From assembly GCA_964603345.1 (NCBI GenBank), contig CAZRUJ010000001.1, positions 1 through 39,038 on the forward strand: 39,038 nt of DNA, written 5' to 3'. A model generated the notes under the pieces. The model was not told the origin of the DNA and made no database searches. It saw nothing but the letters and a program-made list of their open reading frames with translations. The position numbers and the translations under genes are program-made. Positions 33,715-39,038 of this stretch are shown in pieces (position 1 is the first letter of the stretch; every line of letters begins with the position of its first letter). This DNA is from an uncultured Methanosarcinales archaeon (GTDB lineage Archaea > Nanobdellota > Nanobdellia > Woesearchaeales > SKGA01).

Positions 33715-34977
33715 ATGAGATTTATCCATTTTGCAGACTGTCATCTTGACGGATATAGGGATGAGAAACTTGCAAGGCTGGGATTTGACCAATTTTGCCA
33801 TGTCATTGAACAAGCGCTCAAGCGACAAGTGGATTTCTTATTGCTGGCAGGAGATCTGTTTAACACCGCACTCCCTCGAGTTGATGTGCTCAAGCAAACA
33901 GTCGAAGAGCTCAGAAGATTGCAAGAAGCGAGTATTACAGTGTATGCGATTCCAGGAAGCCATGATTATTCACCGCGAGGAAAGACCATGCTTGATGTGC
34001 TCGAACGAGCAGGTCTTATCGTGAACGTGGTTAAAGGAAGGATATCTGACAAGGGAAAGCTACAACTCGCGCTGACAGAAGATCCGAAGACAGGAGCGCT
34101 AATTACAGGAATACTGGGCAAGAAAGGGATGCTTGACAAACAGTATTATGAGGATCTTGACAGGGAGAACCTGAACAGACAACTCGAGAACAAGACAGGA
34201 TCATTTTCAATTTTCATGTTCCATACAGCGCTTAGCGAGCTCAAACCCAAAGAGCTTGAAAAGATGGACTCAGCACCCATGTCGTTCTTGCCGGAAGGAT
34301 TCAATTATTATGCGGGAGGACACGTTCATATCACAAGCAGATATTCAACAAAAAACCATACGAACGTGGTGTATCCGGGACCGACATTTCCTAACAGCTT
34401 CGCAGAACTCGAGAAGCTACAAGCGGGAACGTTAGTCTATTACAATAACGAGAAAGAATTCAAAACAGAAAACGGAGATTCATCACATTACATCCACGAA
34501 ACGATTCCCGGAAAGGAGGTCAGCGCGTTCACGATAGATGTCACGGGATCGGCATTTGCAGTCTCGAAACACGTGATAACAATCCTTGGCAAGAATGAGC
34601 TCGCATCAAAAATAGTTCTTCTCAGACTCAACGGAACGCTCACCGAAGGGAAAACTTCGGATATCGATTTCAACGAGATCCTCAAGCATTGCTATGACAA
34701 CGGAGCATATATCGTATTAAAGAACACGAACAAGCTACAAAGCAAGATGTTTGAAGAAGTGGCGGTCAATAGCGATTCCACGGATTCGATAGAGGAGACG
34801 ACGATAACAGAACATCTGGGTTCGATTGAACTGCCAGAAGATATTGATGAGAAAACGACCATCGAACAACTGCTTACAATCCTCGATCAAGAGCAGATGG
34901 ATGGGGAGGCGAAAACAGCGTTTGTCAAACGGATACAACAAGACGCCAAAGACGCTATCGAAACACAAAACAAATGA
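33715..34977 (+). CDS. mre11: Mre11/SbcD-family metallophosphoesterase (DNA double-strand break repair nuclease)
   Basis: Calcineurin-like phosphoesterase motifs appear in order: FADCHLDG, LLAGDLFN, IPGSHD, MFHTAL, AGGHVH. The ATG at 33715 lies 6 nt downstream of the ORF-track GTG. Confidence 0.8.
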   Translation: MRFIHFADCHLDGYRDEKLARLGFDQFCHVIEQALKRQVDFLLLAGDLFNTALPRVDVLKQTVEELRRLQEASITVYAIPGSHDYSPRGKTMLDVLERAGLIVNVVKGRISDKGKLQLALTEDPKTGALITGILGKKGMLDKQYYEDLDRENLNRQLENKTGSFSIFMFHTALSELKPKELEKMDSAPMSFLPEGFNYYAGGHVHITSRYSTKNHTNVVYPGPTFPNSFAELEKLQAGTLVYYNNEKEFKTENGDSSHYIHETIPGKEVSAFTIDVTGSAFAVSKHVITILGKNELASKIVLLRLNGTLTEGKTSDIDFNEILKHCYDNGAYIVLKNTNKLQSKMFEEVAVNSDSTDSIEETTITEHLGSIELPEDIDEKTTIEQLLTILDQEQMDGEAKTAFVKRIQQDAKDAIETQNK

Positions 34978-35020
34978 TGTCCGATCATGTTTTTCGCGAA
35001 GGTCATCGACGAGAAACCTT

Positions 35021-35028
35021 TTTATATT
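35021..35028 (+). promoter_or_regulatory. TATA box of the GNAT gene (leaderless geometry)
   Basis: TTTATATT ends 24 nt upstream of the ATG at 35052. Confidence 0.4.
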
Positions 35029-35051
35029 ACAAGTGAACAGTTTTTTTTGTG

Positions 35052-35417
35052 ATGGATAAGATTGAAACATTGCGTCAAGTGTATGCGATTGCCCGAGAAC
35101 ATTTCGCATTCTCTTTTCTTGTTATTATTATGGCGCTTATAGGTAGTTTGTATGTCGTCAAACATCGGAAAACAGTTGTTGCTTTTGCCATCAGGATGAG
35201 ATCTTATCTAAGCTATATCGCAGTCAGGGATGATGTACAAGGAAAAGGATATGGAAAACGACTTCTTGAAAAGATAGCTCCGCGTGTTCGCTCTTTACAT
35301 GTGAAAACAAGTGAACATAAAGTCATTTCACTGTATGAAAGATACGGGTTTTCAGTACTGAAAAAGATGAGATTACCGACTGGAGAGCGGTATCTTATGG
35401 TTAAAAAGGATGTATGA
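35052..35417 (+). CDS. Short GNAT-family N-acetyltransferase
   Basis: The acetyl-CoA binding motif A is IAVRDDVQGKGYGKRLLEKI, followed by ISLYERYGFSV. At 121 aa it is shorter than typical GNATs. Confidence 0.55.
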   Translation: MDKIETLRQVYAIAREHFAFSFLVIIMALIGSLYVVKHRKTVVAFAIRMRSYLSYIAVRDDVQGKGYGKRLLEKIAPRVRSLHVKTSEHKVISLYERYGFSVLKKMRLPTGERYLMVKKDV

Positions 35418-35637
35418 ATGTCGTTTTTCTTTTAATACTCTGATGATTTCAGACCAATATTCTCCTCTAGGAGTATATTTCCGGAATTCTCTCTAAGCTC
35501 TTTTTCAAACTCATCCAAAGGAATACATTTGATTTCCTGCACTTCTTCTTGTTGCATACCCTTTTGTGACAAGATTCTTTATTTCATCAGTTATGATGCG
35601 AAGATATTTTTTACTGATTTTTATAAATGTTTAGTTG

Positions 35638-35662
35638 AGAAAAAGAGAATAAAAAGAAAAAT
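35638..35662 (-). terminator. Oligo-T tracts downstream of asnS
   Basis: The minus strand reads TTTTTCTTTTTATTCTCTTTTT about 15-40 nt after the asnS stop. Confidence 0.35.
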
Positions 35663-35677
35663 ATGATGTTGTGTTCT

Positions 35678-36976
35678 TCACGGCTTGTACCGGAGCATCG
35701 TGCGAGGAAAGGGAATAGCATCCTTGATGTTATCGATACCAGTAATCCAAGCGATAACACGTTCAGTACCAACACCATATCCTGAATGAGGGACGGAACC
35801 GTACCTGCGAAGATCGAAATACCATTGATAGTTCTCGACATCCTCGCCTTCGGCTTCAAGTCGAGCTTTCATATCATCGATATCTAGGCTACGCTCACTG
35901 CCGCCAACGATCTCAACACCGGTCTGTGGTGCCAATACGTCAAAGCATAAGGCTTCGTCAGGCTGTTCACCGTCACGCGGCTTATAAAATGCCATCGCTT
36001 CAACAGGATAATGGGTGATTGCAACAGGAGTGTCAAAATGACTCATGATAGCACGCTCCTCTTCAGTACGCAAATCCTTGCCGAAAGGAACGTCAATACC
36101 ATCCTTCTCTTTTATGAGCTTGACAGCATCACGGTATTTGATGGTCGGCCAGTCCTTCTCGCACATCGCGATGAGAACGTCAGAATCCTGATCGAGAAGC
36201 TCGAACTCCCCACGGCAACGTCTGGCAGTCTCGCTGATGCAATACTTCAACTCCTTTTTGGCAAACTCGCTTGTCATCTTCAGATCAAACCATGCAGCTT
36301 CCATTTCAGCCATCCAGAACTCGCTCAAGTGACGAGATGTCTTGGATTTCTCAGCACGGAAGGTAGGTCCAAAGTTATAGATCTTCTCAAGAGCGAATAT
36401 GGCTGCTTCAGCATATAATTGCCAACTCTGGGATAAGTAAGTGGTCTTATCATAATATTTGACTTCAAACAAGGTGCTGCCACCCTCAGATTGGCTCGGC
36501 TGGAGGATGGGTGCATCAAACCGGCAAAAGCCTTCTTTCTGGAAGAACTCTTCGCGGATCTGGACGTATGTGCTCCTAATCTTCAGGATAGCGGTCTGGC
36601 GACGCGTCCGCAAGGAGAGATGCCTAATGTCAAGAAGGAATTCAGGGCTCTGATCCTTGGTGATAGGGAACTGGTCGGACTCGCCGACAACCTCGAAATC
36701 ACTGACCTGGACTTCATATCCACTCGGAGCACGATCATCGCGCTTGATAGTACCCCAGACTTTCATGCTCGCTTCAACCTGAACCTTGTCGGCAAGCTCG
36801 AACTTCTCATCACCGACAGCATCCCTGCTTACGATACACTGCATTACTTGAGTACTGTCACGAAGCACGATAAATTTTAACTTCTTGCTACCGCGTTCAC
36901 GGTAGACCCAGCCACGAAGAGCAACGTCTCCTTCGCCTTGCTCCATAGCTTCTTTTATGCTTTTAAATTCAACCAT
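35678..36976 (-). CDS. asnS: Asparaginyl-tRNA synthetase (class IIb)
   Basis: The N-terminal OB anticodon-binding domain is VALRGWVYRERGSKKLKFIVLRD. Motif 2 is FRAEKSKTSRHLSEFWMAEMEAAW. The AsnRS-typical C-terminus is GGSERS...YQWYFDLRRYGSVPHSGYGVGTERVIAWITG...PFPR. The ATG at 36976 has AAGGT 9 nt upstream. The ORF-track start 37057 adds an implausible extension. Confidence 0.85.
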   Translation of the reverse strand: MVEFKSIKEAMEQGEGDVALRGWVYRERGSKKLKFIVLRDSTQVMQCIVSRDAVGDEKFELADKVQVEASMKVWGTIKRDDRAPSGYEVQVSDFEVVGESDQFPITKDQSPEFLLDIRHLSLRTRRQTAILKIRSTYVQIREEFFQKEGFCRFDAPILQPSQSEGGSTLFEVKYYDKTTYLSQSWQLYAEAAIFALEKIYNFGPTFRAEKSKTSRHLSEFWMAEMEAAWFDLKMTSEFAKKELKYCISETARRCRGEFELLDQDSDVLIAMCEKDWPTIKYRDAVKLIKEKDGIDVPFGKDLRTEEERAIMSHFDTPVAITHYPVEAMAFYKPRDGEQPDEALCFDVLAPQTGVEIVGGSERSLDIDDMKARLEAEGEDVENYQWYFDLRRYGSVPHSGYGVGTERVIAWITGIDNIKDAIPFPRTMLRYKP

Positions 36977-37084
36977 AAGTATCAGACCTTCATCGTATTG
37001 AAATGAGTAATCACCACAGATGTGTAAGCACCAACATAAAAAACTATCGGATAACACACTATAAGCAAAAAGATCGGCTTATAC

Positions 37085-38593
37085 TCAATCACCGATATTA
37101 ACATGCCTTCTCAGATGCCGGAAAACATCAACAAGATATCCGCCCAGTCCCACGATGTAAAAAGAAGCAGTCAACACTGCGACAACAGACAAGAACATCC
37201 CTATCACCATCATTCCACTCGAGAACACAATGGGAATGGTTGTAATATAGAATTCGCCCACCGACCATGCGAAAAGAATGATATAATATATCAAGAACAA
37301 CTGGCTTGCGATAATGAGAATGTTTGTCATGAACTGACGGAGACGCACATGTCGACTGATGAAGAAAACGACAAGAGTACAACAAAAAGCGAGAATAATG
37401 CTTGCTGTCAGACCAAGCAGGGTGCTACTTGCCAACGGATGGCCTATGATGTCAACGCCGTAGATGCCGTTAGAGGATAATCTGCTTATCGAAAACCCGG
37501 GAGTGAGAAGAAACAAAGCCAGAGAACCAAAAATTATACTCAAAACACTTCTTTTGAGATTTATATGCCTATCATAGTATAACAAGAACCACATGCCGAC
37601 AGGAGCAAGAAGCAAGAACAGGATGGCAATAAGATTGCCGAGATATCCGATACCGATTGTCACCGATGAGAATAAGCCCGAGCCGGAAATCTGCGAGAGG
37701 AACAGATCCTTCAAGAAAGGATGAGTGGTGGGAATCATGTTGAAATATAAGGCATCAGCACGACCGAGAAGATATGGCCAGATGAACGTGAAAGCATCGG
37801 TGAACACATGGAGGACAATCATGGCAGAAAGTACGCGAAGAGAACCCCTGAACGTCTTAAGATGCTCGAAAAGTCCTTTGTAAAACGATTCTCCGAAATC
37901 ACCAAACCGAAACAAGAAAGAATCAGGAGAGAAGCGATTCCTGTGCTTGAAGATGAAAAAGAAATACACACCAAGGCCTATCATGAGAAGGGGAGCGTCA
38001 ATGGCGATAGCAAGCCATTCCATGAATAAATTGAATATAATGACAAAAAAAGCCATGATGATAAGAAACGAGAAGAGAAAACGCAATAAGATGTTATGAG
38101 GGGTGGAGTTGTCGAGGCGATCTTTATGAAATAACTGCATGACACTCGGACGTTCGAACTTTACCGTCAGAGCATATCTGGTCGCAACAACGACCAATAA
38201 GAACAATCCTATATAAATTCCCCCGCGCTCGATACTGCTTGCATTCGTTATTAGCATCGAATAGAATGGCTGCAGAAAATCCGATGCATTCTCGAATACG
38301 CTTGCAGCATAAGAAATGAGATTCTTGATGATGAGAAGGAAATAACCTGAAATGAGAATGATATCCAATGTCTGATGATCGCTACCCGTTATTATTCGTG
38401 AAGGTCGTGTTTGATAGAGAATATAGCCGAGAGCGGCCCACGAAATAATCTTCTTGACATAATCAAGGTCTGGCGGGAGAAACTCAATCGCATCAAAGAT
38501 ATTCAGGACGATGATACAGAATAAAATAATTTCTTCAATGCCAAATGAGAGAGCTCTCCAGAAAGATGCTTTGAACAGATGATTTTTTTTCAT
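37085..38593 (-). CDS. Polytopic integral membrane protein, unknown function
   Basis: The protein is 502 aa with about 12-14 hydrophobic helices and no sizeable soluble domain. No conserved motif recognised, and no GxGD-type peptidase motif. Confidence 0.5.
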   Translation of the reverse strand: MKKNHLFKASFWRALSFGIEEIILFCIIVLNIFDAIEFLPPDLDYVKKIISWAALGYILYQTRPSRIITGSDHQTLDIILISGYFLLIIKNLISYAASVFENASDFLQPFYSMLITNASSIERGGIYIGLFLLVVVATRYALTVKFERPSVMQLFHKDRLDNSTPHNILLRFLFSFLIIMAFFVIIFNLFMEWLAIAIDAPLLMIGLGVYFFFIFKHRNRFSPDSFLFRFGDFGESFYKGLFEHLKTFRGSLRVLSAMIVLHVFTDAFTFIWPYLLGRADALYFNMIPTTHPFLKDLFLSQISGSGLFSSVTIGIGYLGNLIAILFLLLAPVGMWFLLYYDRHINLKRSVLSIIFGSLALFLLTPGFSISRLSSNGIYGVDIIGHPLASSTLLGLTASIILAFCCTLVVFFISRHVRLRQFMTNILIIASQLFLIYYIILFAWSVGEFYITTIPIVFSSGMMVIGMFLSVVAVLTASFYIVGLGGYLVDVFRHLRRHVNIGD

Positions 38594-38689
38594 CAGTCTA
38601 TGATTGTTTGGAATGGTGTTTAAAAAGGTTTTGTGGATGGGAGGAGGGATTTGTTACCATCTCAGACGTCTCACCCACTAAAGAAAACT

Positions 38690-38697
38690 TTTATAAA
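38690..38697 (+). promoter_or_regulatory. TATA box of the Sec61-beta gene (leaderless geometry)
   Basis: TTTATAAA ends 25 nt upstream of the ATG at 38722. Confidence 0.5.
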
Positions 38698-38721
38698 GTT
38701 ACAAGCCTTTCTCCGTATTTC

Positions 38722-38877
38722 ATGGCTGATAACAAGATACGTATGCCGTCAAGCGGTGCGGGGTTGACGACGTTCTATGAGGAATCCAAGACGAAAGTAG
38801 CCGTCAGTCCGTATACCGTTTTAGGGGTCATACTTGTTATTATTCTTGTCATTTCATTGCTCAACAGTACGCTCTGA
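38722..38877 (+). CDS. secG: Preprotein translocase subunit Sec61-beta (archaeal SecG)
   Basis: The 51-aa tail-anchored protein is MADNKIRMPSSGAGLTTFYEESKTKVAVSPYTVLGVILVIILVISLLNSTL. It has the family SSGAGL motif plus a C-terminal TM. The internal ATG is preferred over the ORF-track start 38608 because of the TATA box position. Confidence 0.75.
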   Translation: MADNKIRMPSSGAGLTTFYEESKTKVAVSPYTVLGVILVIILVISLLNSTL

Positions 38878-38915
38878 ATGCCATGATCCAATCCTATCCT
38901 ATGGGGGATGTACTT

Positions 38916-39038
38916 ATGATGCCGGGGAGGCAGATGAATTCTAGACAGAAGAAGCAAGCAATGAAAAAGATGGGTGTACAGCAAGAGGAGCTTGAAGCCC
39001 TGCAAGGGATAATACGATTACCTGAAAAGGGTATCAAC
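38916..39038 (+). CDS. nac: Nascent polypeptide-associated complex protein (NAC), 5' part, running off the window
   Basis: My own translation gives MMPGRQMNSRQKKQAMKKMGVQQEELEALQGIIRLPEKGIN, which matches the conserved archaeal NAC N-terminus (MNxRQxKQxMKxMG..EEL). The frame is open to the window end. An in-frame ATG at 38901 is an alternative start. Confidence 0.7.
   Translation, partial: MMPGRQMNSRQKKQAMKKMGVQQEELEALQGIIRLPEKGIN

Noticed and set aside
35432-35557. 41-aa minus-strand ORF (MQQEEVQEIKCIPLDEFEKELRENSGNILLEENIGLKSSEY) between the GNAT gene and asnS
   Set aside because: It has no SD or TATA box that I could place and no recognisable motif, and its length is within chance expectation. 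I left it unannotated.
38775-39005. 76-aa minus-strand ORF spanning the Sec61-beta / NAC junction
   Set aside because: It is antisense to two genes with strong family-specific sequence signatures and has a His/Leu-rich low-complexity translation.
1-39038. Search for mobile elements, an integrase/att pair, CRISPR arrays, toxin-antitoxin pairs or restriction-modification genes
   Set aside because: I saw no transposase or integrase motifs, no terminal inverted repeats, no regularly spaced repeats and no methyltransferase motifs. The pilin-like cluster therefore does not look like a recently inserted island on the evidence available, although I could not compute composition statistics here.

Overview
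This is an archaeal chromosomal fragment. The domain call rests on an RPA-type ssDNA-binding protein with an embedded zinc ribbon, Sec61-beta, NAC, NurA/HerA/Mre11, a KaiC-like ATPase, an RNase P RNA, and TATA boxes about 25 nt upstream of several start codons. It is moderately AT-rich and tightly packed. I saw no transposase, integrase, CRISPR array, tRNA or rRNA. The gene content suggests an uncultured, possibly DPANN-like archaeon, but that is inference only. Nt 1-15949 form one co-directional (+) cluster of at least 16 tightly spaced or overlapping genes. Nearly all of their products begin with a class III (type IV prepilin-like) signal: a short basic leader ending in [KR]-[GA], followed directly by a hydrophobic helix. 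Product sizes run from an unannotated 41-aa micro-ORF to a 1543-aa protein. Several are very Cys-rich, and one carries five tandem Cys/Trp modules. The 1543-aa protein carries a duplicated dyad of SLT-type lytic transglycosylase and NlpC/P60-type peptidase motifs, which are murein-degrading enzymes, in an organism that should have no murein. I consider this pilin-like operon with a pilin-anchored double cell-wall hydrolase the best candidate for an undescribed cell-surface or inter-species interaction system. No assembly ATPase, platform protein or prepilin peptidase is visible in the window. The remaining 23 kb is mostly housekeeping: RPA, a YdjM-like hydrolase, and an ArsR / ABC ATPase / YhgE-Pip-like permease operon. 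Next come an RNase P RNA with its own TATA box and oligo-T terminator, a sequon-rich surface protein, NurA, a YbaK-type deacylase and a CBM48+GH13 glucan enzyme. A HerA / KaiC-like / beta-propeller gene string, two polytopic membrane proteins, Mre11 without an adjacent Rad50, a short GNAT, AsnRS, Sec61-beta and the 5' end of NAC complete the window.
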